NCBI GenBank assembly: GCA_964016885.1
Contig: OZ024740.1
Span: 72,540,001-72,604,000, forward strand
DNA length: 64,000 bases
Reading direction: 5' to 3'
Source of the DNA: Eledone cirrhosa
Lineage: Eukaryota
This document shows positions 42,987-55,802 of this stretch, in pieces (the stretch's first letter is position 1; each line of letters opens with the position of its first letter). The notes under the pieces are model-generated. The model was given only the letters and a program-made list of their open reading frames with translations, was not told where the DNA came from and did no database searches. The position numbers were made by a program, and so were the translations under genes.

Positions 42987-43089
42987 AACTCGCGGCTCTG
43001 AAGACACTCATGAAAAGTTTGAAACAAATTTCACATATGAAGGGTGCTTACGACGTAAAACGTTGCTCAAAGAGGGGAAAAAACCTACT
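42987..43089 (+). CDS. RalGPS: RalGPS exon, start of PH domain (TRGSEDTHEKFETNFTYEGCLRRKTLLKEGKKPT)
   Basis: ttctag acceptor, gtaagt donor, phase 2 to 0. LRRKTLLKEGKKPT signature. Confidence 0.95.
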
Positions 43090-43167
43090 GTAAGTTTTAT
43101 ATTTCATATGGAACTTGTTGAAATATTGAAGAGTATTTTTATGTTGAAAGAATAATTATTAAATACA

Positions 43168-43933
43168 CTAGCAGAAAAACCACCTTTCGGGTGGTTTTCT
43201 GATAGCATGTGTAGTGTGCATATTGATATTATACGCAAATATATATGGAGGCACATGGCTTAGTGGTTAGAGCATTGGTCTTGCAATCGAAAGGTTGTGA
43301 GTTCAATTCTCAGACCGGGTGATGTGTTGTTTCCTTGAGCAAGACACTTTATTTCACGTTGCTCCAGTTTACTCAGCTGTAGAAATGAGATGATAGGGAC
43401 TGGGGTCCCTATCATTCCACTGCAAAGTGGTCGTGGAGGTGCCACGGCAAAAAAGCACCCATCACTCACTGTAAATGAGGTTGGTGTTAGGAAGGGCATC
43501 CAGCTGTAGAAATCAAGCCAGAATCAGTTCCCGTCCCACCCTTGCAAGCAGGGAAAAGTGGACGTAAAAGGATGATGATGATATATGCATGTAGATATGA
43601 TACGTCATAAAATCGTGATTGAGAATATCCACAGAAATTGAGGAGAGACTGTTACACTTTCTTCTGTAATCAGTAAAGTAATCCATGATACATTTAAAAC
43701 AGACGATATTATATATAAACTGCATTATGGTGAAATGTTATGAAAACGAAAAAAGGGGAAAATTAGCGACGGAAATAAAAAACCTTATATAATGATGCAA
43801 GTATATGAACGTTTATATATGTGATATAGCATCCATTATATCATAACCAGAAGTATTGACATTTGAAAATTTTAAAAGTGAAATAAGCAATAAGATTATT
43901 TATATTTAATCAAGAGTTACGAAATTTAGTAGA
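43168..43933 (-). mobile_element. Probable non-autonomous Helitron interrupted by a SINE; far end uncertain
   Basis: Minus strand ends in hairpin AGAAAACCACC-loop-GGTGGTTTTTCT then CTAG|T. Candidate A|TCTACTA start at 43933. Confidence 0.45.
43247..43581 (+). mobile_element. tRNA-derived SINE family B (CORE-like middle, RTE-type tail)
   Basis: TGGCTTAGTGG A box, GAGTTCAATTC B box, CCTTGAGCAAGACACTT block, (GAT)n end. Highly similar to 55139-55517. Confidence 0.88.
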
Positions 43934-44593
43934 TAAATTATGTAATATTCATTCATTATTTATTCAAAGTAATCCAACTTATTTTACTAACAGTATAAAA
44001 AGATATATTCAGGACACAGTCCTGCACTCCTTATATTATGATTGTCTCATACTTTTATAATCGCTAGTCAGTTGGTGTTGGTGGTGTTGATGGTGATGTT
44101 GTTGATTTAACAATGAAATGTAATGAATCTGTTAGATATTTTCACTGCTGTGGACACATGACCAAATGGTTAAGAAGTTTGCAGGACTACAGCTAATTAT
44201 AGAGGCTGCAATGAGTGGAGGAGGAGAACTGTGGTCATCTGCTACTGTGTGGAGTGATGGCCAGGACTGGACCACAGCTGATTAAGAAAGCTGTAATAGT
44301 TGGAGGAGGAGTATGGTAATCTTTTACTGTAGTGGAATGATGGCCGATCACCTGACCACAAGGCCACAACTAATTAGGAAAGCTACAATGGGTGGTAGAG
44401 GATTGTGGTCATCTACTTCTGTAGTGGAATGATGACCAGAGATAATCACCTGACTACAAGACCCTAACTGAGATTATGAAAGCTACAATAGGTGGAGTAT
44501 TGTGACCACTGGTCACACAATGATGCTTTTGACTGAATGAAAACAGCGCAAACTAATTTGATGCTAATTTAATCCTATTTCTTTTGTTTACAG

Positions 44594-44686
44594 GTGTCGT
44601 CATGGACGCGATACTGGGTTGCCTTGTGGGGTTCCTCGTTAATTTATTATCCAGCAAAATCTTTACGAGGAAGTGAACGAACTTCT
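44594..44686 (+). CDS. RalGPS: RalGPS PH-domain exon ([31 protein letters not shown])
   Basis: tttacag acceptor, gtaagt donor, phase 0 to 0. WxxYW PH strand. Confidence 0.95.
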
Positions 44687-45404
44687 GTAAGTTATTTTAA
44701 TGAATTTTAGCTTTGAATTTAAAAAAAAAAAAATGATATTGCTAATTTAGTGGCTGTAAAGAGAACTCTTTAGCCACAAAATGTACACTCTGTAAAGTAG
44801 TTGGCATTAGAAAGGTGAAGGGCACCCAGTCGTAGAAAAGACAGCAAAATGAGTGAAACATTGTCTCCAGATCAATTTAAGAGTATAATAATGGTTTGTT
44901 ATGACTTATCCAATATATGTAAACTCCCCAGCCTCTCCAACATAAAATGATGTTAGTTAAACCAGACTGGCTGTAAAAGGTTGTATTTCCGAGCAAGGTA
45001 GATAACTCTGTCTACTCATATTTACTCCTTGATACTGGAGTTAACAGATCATCATCTTCCTTTAACGTCCATTTTCCACGTTAGCATGGGTTAGATGTAA
45101 AAACAACTCCTTCAACCCAGAACCTGTTCAACCTTGTAAATATTAAGCTAAAATGTTAAAAGGGGGAAAAAGAAATGAAAAACTTTCTACCCCATTTTTC
45201 ATTACAAATTAATTTTTTCAATAAATTTCCCCTGGGTTTGTTATATTTCATGGTATTTTAATCTTTTATCTATTTACACCATACTCCAATGTATTTAAAC
45301 ACTGTTAGTTTCATTTTATCATCATTATCATTTTCTAACTGTATATTTAAACACTGTTTCATTTTATCATCACCACCACCACCATTAATACATTACCACC
45401 ACAA

Positions 45405-45595
45405 TAATAATTTTCTACTTTTGGCACAAGGCCAGCAATTATTCCAGTGCATAACTGGTACTTTATTTTATCGACCCTGTAAAGATGAAAGGCAAAGTTA
45501 ACCTCGGCGGGATTTGAACTCAGATCATAAAGGGTCGTAACTCTATACTGTAAAGCACGGCCTCCGACCTTCTACCGATACTGCCAATCCACAAT
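45405..45595 (-). mobile_element. SINE family A, minus-strand copy
   Basis: Reverse complement of 38323-38508, CACAATAAT on both flanks. Confidence 0.85.
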
Positions 45596-45898
45596 AATGG
45601 TAGTGAGGATGGTGCTGGCTGTAATGGTGGTGGTGGTGATTACAATGGTGGCAGTGATTGTGATAATGGTGGCAGTGATTGTGATAATGGTGGTGGTGGT
45701 TGTGATGATTATGATAATGATGGCGGTGGTGGTGAGGTTTATAATGAAGATGATAGTGATGATGATGACCTAAACCATAAAATACTACTGCACCATTAGG
45801 TTGATAGAAATATTTCCATCAGATAATGAAAATATAGGAATGCTTTGCAATGAGTTACAGAGAAAAAAAAATAATAATCATTTTTTTTTTCTTTACAG

Positions 45899-46004
45899 TT
45901 CAAATCTTGTCCAAGTAAAATGGTTTCGATAATTGGTTGGATGGTTGTGATGGGAGGCAACCCTTTCCAGCCTGACGCATTTAAACTGTCAAATCCCACG
46001 AAAG
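45899..46004 (+). CDS. RalGPS: RalGPS PH-domain exon (FKSCPSKMVSIIGWMVVMGGNPFQPDAFKLSNPTK)
   Basis: polyT-ctttacag acceptor, G|gtagg donor, phase 0 to 1. FKSxPxKxVSxxGWMV motif. Confidence 0.93.
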
Positions 46005-46021
46005 GTAGGGTATTGTCTACA

Positions 46022-49000
46022 CACATCTTGTTACACTGTATACTGTACAGATGTTATACTGTACAGATGTTACACCGTATACTGTACAGATGTTACATCT
46101 TGTTACACTACTGTACAGATGTTACATCTTGTTACACTACTGTACAGATGTTAGATCTTGTTACACTACTGTACAGATGTTAGATCTTGTTACACTACTG
46201 TACAGATGTTAGATCTTATTACTCTACTGTACAGATGTTACATCTTGTTACACTACAGTACAAATGTTACATCTTGTTACACTACAGTACAGATGTTACA
46301 ATTTGTTACACTACTGTATAGATGTTAGATCTTGTTACACAACTGTACAGATGTTAGATCTTGTTACACTACTGTACAGATGTTACATCTTGTTACACTA
46401 TTGTACAGATGTTAGATCTTGTAACACTACTGTACAGATGTTAGATCTTGTTACACTACTGTCAGATGTTAGATCTTGTTACACTACTGTACAGATGTTA
46501 CATCTTGTTACACTACTGTACAGATGTTAGATCATGTTACATGACTGTACAGATGTTAGATCGTGTTACATGACTGTACAGATGTTAGATCTTGTTAAAC
46601 TACTATACAGTTCTTACATCTTGTTACACTACTGTACAGATGTTAGATCTTGTTACACTACTGTATAGATGTTAGATCTTGTTACACTACTGTACAGATG
46701 TTAGATCTTATTACACTACTGTACAGATGTTACACTACAGTACAAATGTTACATCTTGTTACACTACAGTACAGATGTTACAATTTGTTACACTACTGTA
46801 TAGATGTTAGATCTTGTTACACAACTGTACAGATGTTAGATCTTGTTACACTACTGTACAGATGTTACATCTTGTTACACTACAGTACAGATGTTAGATC
46901 TTGTTACACAACTGTACAGATGTTAGATCTTGTTACACAACTGTACGGATGTTAGATCTTGTTACACAACTGTACAGATGTTAGATCTTGTTACACTACT
47001 GTACAGATGTTACATCTTGTTACACTACTGTACAGATGTTAGATCATGTTACATGACTGTACAGATGTTAGATCGTGTTACATGACTGTACAGATGTTAG
47101 ATCTTGTTAAACTACTATACAGTTCTTACATCTTGTTACACTACTGTACAGATGTTAGATCTTGTTACACTACTGTACAGATGTTAGATCTTGTTACACT
47201 ACTGTACAGATGTTAGATCTTATTACACTACTGTACAGATGTTACACTACAGTACAAATGTTACATCTTGTTACACTACAGTACAGATGTTACAATTTGT
47301 TACACTACTGTATAGATGTTAGATCTTGTTACACAACTGTACAGATGTTAGATCTTGTTACACTACTGTACAGATGTTACATCTTGTTACACTACAGTAC
47401 AGATGTTAGATCTTGTTACACTACAGTACAGATGTTAGATCTTGTTACACAACTGTACAGATGTTAGATCTTGTTACACAACTGTACGGATGTTAGATCT
47501 TGTTACACAACTGTACAGATGTTAGATCTTGTTACACTACTGTACAGATGTTACATCTTGTTACACTACTGTACAGATGTTAGATCGTGTTACATGACTG
47601 TACAGATGTTAGATCTTGTTAAACTACTATACAGTTCTTACATCTTGTTACGCTACTGTACAGATGTTAGATCTTGTTACACTACTGTACAGATGTTACA
47701 TCTTGTTACACTATTGTACAGATGTTAGATCTTGTAACACTACTGTACAGATGTTAGATCTTGTTACACTACTGTACAGATGTTAGATCTTGTTACACTA
47801 CTTTACAGATGTTAGATCTTGTTACACTACTGTACAGATGTTAGATCTTGTTACACAACTGTACAGATGTTAGATCTTGTTACACAACTGTACAGATGTT
47901 AGATCTTGTTACACAACTGTACGGATGTTAGATCTTGTTACACTACTGTACAGATGTTACATCTTGTTACACTACTGTACAGATGTTACATCTTGTTACA
48001 CTACTGTACAGATGTTACATCTTGTTACATGACTGTACAGATGTTAGATCTTGTTACACTACTGTACAGATGTTAGATCTTGTTACACAACTGTACAGAT
48101 GTTAGATCTTGTTACACAACTGTACAGATGTTAGATCTTGTTACACAACTGTACGGATGTTAGATCTTGTTACACTACTGTACAGATGTTACATCTTGTT
48201 ACACTACTGTACAGATGTTACATCTTGTTACACTACTGTACAGATGTTACATCTTGTTACATGACTGTACAGATGTTAGATCTTGTTAAACTACTATACA
48301 GATGTTAGATCTTGTTACACTACTTTACAGATGTTAGATCTTGTTACACTACTTTACAGATGTTAGATCTTGTTACACTACAGTACAGATGTTACATCTT
48401 GTTACACTACTGTACAGATGTTAGATCTTGTTACGCTACTGTACAGATGTTATATCTTGTTACACTACTGTACAGATGTTAGATCTTGTTACACTACTGT
48501 ACAGATGTTAGATCTTGTTACACTACTGTACAGATGTTAGATCTTGTTACACTACTGTACAGATGTTAGATCTTGTTACACTACTGTACAGATGTTACAC
48601 CTTGTTACACTACTGTACAGATGTTAGATATTGTTAAACTGCTGTACAGATGTTACATCTTGTTACACTACAGTACAAATGTTACATCTTGTTACACTAG
48701 AGTACAGATGTTACAATTTGTTACACTACTGTACAGATGTTAGATCTTGTTACACTACTGTACAGATGTTAGATCTTGTTACACTACTGTACAGATGTTA
48801 CATCTTGTTACACTATTGTACAGATGTTAGATCTTGTAACACTACTGTACAGATGTTAGATCTTGTTACACTACTGTACAGATGTTAGATCTTGTTACAC
48901 TACTTTACAGATGTTAGATCTTGTTACACTACTGTACAGATGTTAGATCTTGTTACACAACTGTACAGATGTTAGATCTTGTTACACAACTGTACAGATG

Positions 49001-50140
49001 TTAGATCTTGTTACACAACTGTACAGATGTTAGATCTTGTTACACAACTGTACAGATGTTAGATCTTGTTACACAACTGTACAGATGTTAGATCTTGTTA
49101 CACTACTGTACAGATGTTACATCTTGTTACACTACTGTACAGATGTTACATCTTGTTACACTACTGTACAGATGTTAGATCGTGTTACATGACTGTACAG
49201 ATGTTAGATCTTGTTAAACTACTATACAGATGTTAGATCTTGTTACACTACTTTACAGATGTTAGATCTTGTTACACTACTTTACAGATGTTAGATCTTG
49301 TTACACTACAGTACAGATGTTACATCTTGTTACACTACTGTACAGATGTTAGATCTTGTTACGCTACTGTACAGATGTTATATCTTGTTACACTACTGTA
49401 CAGATGTTAGATCTTGTTACACTACTGTACAGATGTTAGATCTTGTTACACTACTGTACAGATGTTAGATCTTGTTACACTACTGTACAGATGTTAGATC
49501 TTGTTACACTACTGTACAGATGTTAGATCTTGTTACACTACTGTACAGATGTTACACCTTGTTACACTACTGTACAGATGTTAGATATTGTTAAACTGCT
49601 GTACAGATGTTACATCTTGTTACACTACAGTACAAATGTTACATCTTGTTACACTAGAGTACAGATGTTACAATTTGTTACACTACTGTACAGATGTTAG
49701 ATCTTGTTACACTACTGTACAGATGTTAGATCTTGTTACACTACTGTACAGATGTTACATCTTGTTATACTACAGTACAGATGTTAGATCTTGTTACGGT
49801 TCAGTACAGATGTTAGATCTTGTTACACTACAGTACAGATGTTAGATCTTGTTACACTACAGTACAGATGTTAGATCTTGTTACACTACAGTACAGATGT
49901 TACATCTTGTTATACTACAGTACAGATGTTACATCTTGTTAAACTACTGTACAGATGTTAGATCTTGTTACACAACTGTACAGGTGTTAGGTCTTGTTAC
50001 ACTACAGTATGGATATTACATCTTGTTACACTACTGTATGGATATTACATCTTGTTACACTACTGTATAGATGTTACATCTTGTTACACTACTGTATAGG
50101 TGCTACATCTTGTTACACTACTGTACAGGTGTTACATATT
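46022..50140. repeat. 29-bp satellite AGATGTTAGATCTTGTTACACTACTGTAC, about 140 units
   Basis: 29-nt period (AGATCT at 48481 and 48510). Occupies nearly all of intron 46005-50233. Confidence 0.98.
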
Positions 50141-50233
50141 GTAACTCATTTCATTGACCCCCCCCCCCCCCCCCCCAAAAAAAAAAAATATTGGCATTGT
50201 GTCTAACTCTCAAACTATTATTTACCTGTACAG

Positions 50234-50325
50234 GCAATGTTTATAAATTACGGACTGGATCGCAAGCAGAAGCATTGGTCTGGTGTCGACATCTTGAAGA
50301 AGCTATTAAACATTCTCAGCCAAGG
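50234..50325 (+). CDS. RalGPS: RalGPS PH-domain C-terminal helix exon (GNVYKLRTGSQAEALVWCRHLEEAIKHSQPR)
   Basis: tacag acceptor, gtaagt donor, phase 1 to 0. GNxYK and the conserved PH helix Trp. Confidence 0.93.
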
Positions 50326-50639
50326 GTAAGTTATCCTTTTCATTACTATATTTCTAATGAAAGGCACTGCATATGTTTCAGTTGATTTTTAAAATAACCA
50401 AGAATTTGGAGGGATTTAGGAAAACTAACTTTCTTGTATTAAACTGGTGTTTGGCATGTAACTTAATATACACTTACGATGGAAGGTTTACATTTAAATA
50501 TAAACATTTTAAAATAATCGACTTTATTTCCTTGACACATCGCTGGTTTCAGGTGGTTTGATAAGAAAATTGATCAGCTGTAGAAACCATGCCAAAATCA
50601 GTTCTGTATGAGCAAGACATCGTCACCTGATGTGCAAAT

Positions 50640-50944
50640 TTTTGTCTTGTAGTACGAGTGGAAATCCGTAGTACGAGCGAGTTTCATACAATTAGTAAAA
50701 CCAGTTTACATATTTCTGTTGCATTCTCTTTCATTATGTTTTATGATTGTCGTTTTCCTTGTAACTGCACCTTTTCTGTTTTAAAACCCATAAAAGATGA
50801 TTTTGGGGTGAGATTTGGGGGCTGGAACAGATTATTTACATTTTAATTAATTTCAATGGGGAAAATCGATTTGTAAAATGAGTAAACATAAAACGAGCTC
50901 GGTCATGGAACAAATTAAACTCGTACTACGAAGTATCACTGTAT
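50640..50944. mobile_element. pogo/Tigger-like DNA transposon end
   Basis: Right end reads TA-CAGTGATACTTCGTAGTACGAG on the minus strand. Internal GTAGTACGAG repeats are inverted relative to it. Left TIR not seen. Confidence 0.6.
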
Positions 50945-51052
50945 ATATAAAGACTGCATTTATATAAACCATGTGTGTTCATATAACATTCTTTGTATGT
51001 ATGTATATATATATATTGTATATATATTTTGAAAACTTTGTATTTGTTGCAG

Positions 51053-51082
51053 ACCCCAGTCAACCTTATGTCATTTGATTGA
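51053..51082 (+). CDS. RalGPS: RalGPS terminal coding exon (TPVNLMSFD*)
   Basis: tttgttgcag acceptor, phase 0, TGA at 51080-51082. Matches the family C-terminus P.NLM[ST]FE as recalled. Confidence 0.92.
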   Translation, partial: TPVNLMSFD

Positions 51083-51334
51083 AGAACAAATGACATTAAC
51101 TTCTGGTGTGAGTAGCAGAGACCATTTGGTAGCTTTGTGGAAGCTGTTACCTATGTACCTGCAGGATAAACTGATATCTTCACAACGATCTTTATCATGC
51201 TGCTGCTACAGTAACTGTTAAGAAGTATATCGATGCTGCGTGACTGTGACTGTGGTTGTGGTTGTGCTTGCTGAGGCTTTAATGTTTGTAAGTTTGCCAC
51301 GGATATGTATTTGGACTTTTTTTTTTTGGTATGT

Positions 51335-51374
51335 ATGAGTGGGTATGTATGCAATTATGTATGTGTTGCTATAT

Positions 51375-51443
<69 letters not shown>

Positions 51444-51588
51444 TACACATATACATGTATACATTATGTATATATTATATATATATATATAGACATATAT
51501 ATATACATATATACACATACACATATACATGTATATATATTATATATATGTACACATATACATGTATATATTATACATATGTACACAT

Positions 51589-51634
<46 letters not shown>

Positions 51635-51679
51635 ATATTATATATATATATATATGTACATATATATACACATATACAT

Positions 51680-51735
<56 letters not shown>
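51335..51735. repeat. Compound (TG)/(TA)/(CA) microsatellite in presumptive 3' UTR
   Basis: Direct reading. Confidence 0.95.
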
Positions 51736-53297
51736 ACCGAATATAACTGACCGAATAAATGAAAGTGTTTGTGATGAGCTGAAGCAGATTGCATGATATA
51801 CATTGTGACCACTACACATTACTTGATCTTCACCTTGACCTTGCTACCTGCCTTACCAATCTACCTGTCAGTCGTCTATTTCTGTTATGTAACTTAAAAA
51901 AAACAAAAAAACTAACATTTTCAGCCAACATTAGATGGACAAATAAAAGCCAAGCAAGCAGACAAAATAAAGAAACACCAAAACAAAATAACACAAATGG
52001 TGAGACAGGTGAGCAGGAATGGATGGATATATATATATATATATATATGTGTATGTATATATCTGGATGGTATATATATTATATACACACACATACACAC
52101 ACACACACACCGGGATGATATCTATCTATATATATATATATATCTATCTATATATATATATATATCTTGATTATATATATGTACGTGAGTGTGTGTGTGT
52201 ATATATATGTATATATACACACATATACCTGGATGATTGCACTCCTGAAGGACAGGGGCGTTAATGCCTCCTCAACTCTACCAAACCCAGTGGTTTCTTT
52301 TGAAAAAAAAAAAAAAAAAAATTGTTAGTGAACCAAAGATGAGTAGCCGGTGGTCAGTATGGTGTCATTCTGGTCCACAGCTGCTCTTCTCCCCGTGGAC
52401 ATCACGGGTTTATTCTGGTCCTCAGCTGCTCCTACATGGTCACGATAAAGTCATTCTGGCCATCAGATGATACCGCTACACCCAACTACCGGTCTATGAT
52501 TTGGAAATAGTAAAAGAAGTAACTCAAAACTTTACTATTGTCACTACCAATAATATTATTATTACTACTACTACTATTACTATTACTACAACTACTACTG
52601 CTGCTGCTACTACTGCTGCCTAGTCTCGGTTATTAGAATTCTTCTCGTGAAGAATATTTAAAACTGCCTTGTTTTTTTTTCTTCTTTATTTTTCATTTCT
52701 CTTTAATTTCTTAATAAAAAAATATAAAATATTGACTTACATACGTGTAATGCATATGTGAATATAAATATATACACATTTAATTTGACTGCATGTATGG
52801 CTCTGTGTGTGTACGTGTGTGTGTGTGCATATGCTTGCACATGCACGCACACTGATACTCATGCATTATAAGATGTTATTGGTTATGCATGAATTGTGTG
52901 TGATTGAATGTCATTGAGTATAATTTGAAAATGTAAAACATTAAAAAACCACAAAAAAAAAATACAGATTAAAACTTATTTGACGTTAACGAAATATCAG
53001 TGCGAGTTGTCTCCCCTGAAAAACCTCCTTTCCCAGTGACATGATGAAAAGTTAAGCTGTGTCCAGTATATTCTTCAGTGCCTCCATCCGGTTTCTTCCC
53101 TGCAACGTGAATGTTTGGCTGCTGCTGCATTGTATGACTATATAACTATTGATGATGCTGTTATTCTCCTTCAGATATTGTTGTTCATTGTTTCATTCTG
53201 TTGCTTTTTAAATATTATATATACACACACATACATATATATTTTCAGTTCAGGCTTGCATAGGATAGACTTCATGAGAAATAGATGTGAAACAGTG

Positions 53298-53345
<48 letters not shown>

Positions 53346-53632
53346 TTACACATAGTTCAAACAGAAGTGACTTCTACCAGGACGAGTACTGTTTCATTAT
53401 GTGTTAAAGTCATCAGAAAAGACCATGATTTCAATGTAGACTGAAACAGTACACGTCCTGTAGAAGTTTTGAAATAATATTAAGTATTCCCTCTACTGCG
53501 TATTGAGTACCTTACTTTATCTGTTATCTCCTTCCATTCTTCCATGGAAAACCAATATATATGCATGTGTATGTACACACACAACATTGACAAAAGATTT
53601 ATGATGAAAATATATTAATCAATTCATTCTGC

Positions 53633-53674
<42 letters not shown>

Positions 53675-53679
53675 ACGTA

Positions 53680-53710
<31 letters not shown>

Positions 53711-54007
53711 GCGCACGTATGTGTGTGTGTATGTATATATCATCATCAACGTTTAACGTCCGTGTTCCACGCTTGCATGGGTTTGGATATATATATATAT
53801 GCGCACGTATGTGTGTGTGTATGTATACATATATGCATATGTATACACGTACACACACAAACCGACAAGGAAACCCTAATTTTAAACCAAGCCCTAATGA
53901 ACCTAACACCAACTTTAACACCAATCTTAATATATACCTCTATATATACAAGGAATCCAGTGAATTAGATAAGATATTTTCATTTTCTCCACTCATGGAC
54001 AACTAAC

Positions 54008-54042
<35 letters not shown>

Positions 54043-54380
54043 TGTTCCTGGAAGTCTGGCCTCTTGCTACTAAAGAATGAACCCATCATATATTTTGTAT
54101 TCAAACTGCTTCGATGTTGTTATTAATTTTGTTCAATTGATTTTTAGTTCTACTTTGTATTTGTTTGTTTGTTTGTTATTACTGGTGTTGCTGTCATTCA
54201 ACTTTAGTGTCATAACCCGATATTTGAAATTAATATGGAGCCAGAACACCGAGAAGTTTCTTTTAATCCTTTTGTTGCCATATTTTTAATGAAATACATG
54301 GCCCATCTTCAATTTATTTTTAAAATAATGAAGAATTTGTAAGAACTTAATAACTTGGGTTAACTTTATTATTATTATAG

Positions 54381-55070
54381 GGCAGTGGATTGGCAGTATT
54401 AGTAAAGCACTAGACATGCTTTGCAGCATTGTTATATCCCTTTACATTCTGAGTTCAAATCCTGCTGAGGGTAGCTTTGCCTTTCATCTTTATGGGGTTG
54501 ATAAAATAAAGTACCAGTAATGCACTGGGATCGAATTAATTACCCCCCCCCCCCATAATTGCTGGCCTTGTCTATAGCAGAAATCATTAAAGCACCAGTA
54601 ATGCACTGGGGGTAATTACTGGCCTTTTGCCAAAAAGTCGAAACAATTATTATTATAGGGTAGTGGATCAGTAGACCCTTGCTCAACATGCTTTGTTACA
54701 GCCTTTCATGTTCTAAGTTCAAATTCTGCTGAGGTTAGTTTTGCCTTTCATCCTTACAATGATGATAAAACAAAGTACCAGTAACACACTGGAGTTGATT
54801 TAATTGACTTTCCCCATCCCTTTAAATTGCTAGCCTTGTATGAAATATAAAAACAGTTACTTGAGGGTGGTAGCTTGGCAGAAGTGTTAGAGCCTTGTCA
54901 TTTGTTTTGGCACTTAACATTCTGAATTCAGATATTGCTGAGGTCAACTTTACCTTTTATTCTTCTGGAGTCAATAAAATAAAGTACCAGTCAAGTTCTG
55001 GGGTCAGTGTAATTTACTTTGCTTTACCCTAAATTGCTGGCCTTGTACCTTGTACCCATGTTAGGAATTA
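54381..55070 (+). mobile_element. Head-to-tail cluster of three SINE family A copies plus a duplicated 3' segment
   Basis: B box and central block repeated near 54450, 54715 and 54925. Extra AAAGCACCAGTAATGCACTGGG segment at 54590. Confidence 0.8.
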
Positions 55071-55104
55071 TTAAGTTGATGTTTGGAATGTTGCTTAACA
55101 AAGG

Positions 55105-55138
<34 letters not shown>

Positions 55139-55517
55139 GGAGGCACATGGCTTAGTGGTTAGAGCATTGGCCTTGCAATCGAAAGGTTGTGAGTTCAATT
55201 CTCAAACCAGGGGATGTGTTGTTTCCTTGAGCAAGACGCTTTATTTTACATTGCTCCAGTTCACTCAGCTGTAGAAATGAGATGATAGGACTAGAGTCCA
55301 TGTCATTCCACTAAGTGGTCGTGGAGGTGCCATGGCAAAAAAAGCACCCAGCCCACACTGTAAAGTGGACGTGTAGGCGCCACGGAAAAAAAGCACCCAG
55401 CACTCACTGTAAATGAAGTTGGTGTTAGGAAGGGCATCCAGCTGTAGAAATCAAGCCAGAATCAGTTCCCGTCCCACCCTTGCAAGCAGGGAAAAGCGGA
55501 CGTAAAATGATGATGAT
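55139..55517 (+). mobile_element. SINE family B copy with internal duplication
   Basis: Colinear with 43247-43581. AAAAAAGCACCCAG segment present twice. Confidence 0.88.
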
Positions 55518-55521
55518 ATAT

Positions 55522-55802
55522 ATTTATTTTCTTTTGGTCGTTTTGGAAGCCTTAACAATGCAGATGGGTAAGTCTCCAGGTAACAGGATCCGGTGGTGAA
55601 GAGAGAGATGTAAGGGAATGTAGAATGAGATGTATAGTGTGTAGAGGAACGTAGGAAAGAGCATAAAAAATACGTTCCTCTACACACTATACATCTCATT
55701 CTACATTCCCTTACATCTCTCTCTTCATCACCGGATCCTGTTACCTGGAAACTTACCCATCTGCATTGTTAAGGCTTCCAAAATGACCAAAAGAAAATAA
55801 AT
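55522..55802. repeat. Near-perfect inverted repeat: 132-bp arms, 17-nt spacer
   Basis: Arms 55522-55653 and 55671-55802, no indels, 3 mismatches found by eye. Confidence 0.95.

Noticed and set aside
43247-43320. tRNA gene (also 55139 and 63883)
   Set aside because: No proper acceptor stem, and it continues into SINE body and tail.
46264-50206. Cys/Tyr-rich repeated ORFs
   Set aside because: Translations of the 29-bp satellite lying between two canonical RalGPS exons.
52364-52470. Mini-CRISPR
   Set aside because: Only 2-3 degenerate 20-nt repeats in a eukaryotic context, no cas genes.
51754-52975. RalGPS polyadenylation site
   Set aside because: Several AATAAA/ATTAAA hexamers in AT-rich DNA, and none can be chosen without 3'-end data.
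53866-54008. Telomere-like or Penelope fragment (AACCCTAA..., CAAGGAATCCAGTGAAT)
   Set aside because: No true tandem TTAGGG, and resemblance to Penelope ends is from memory only and too weak to call.
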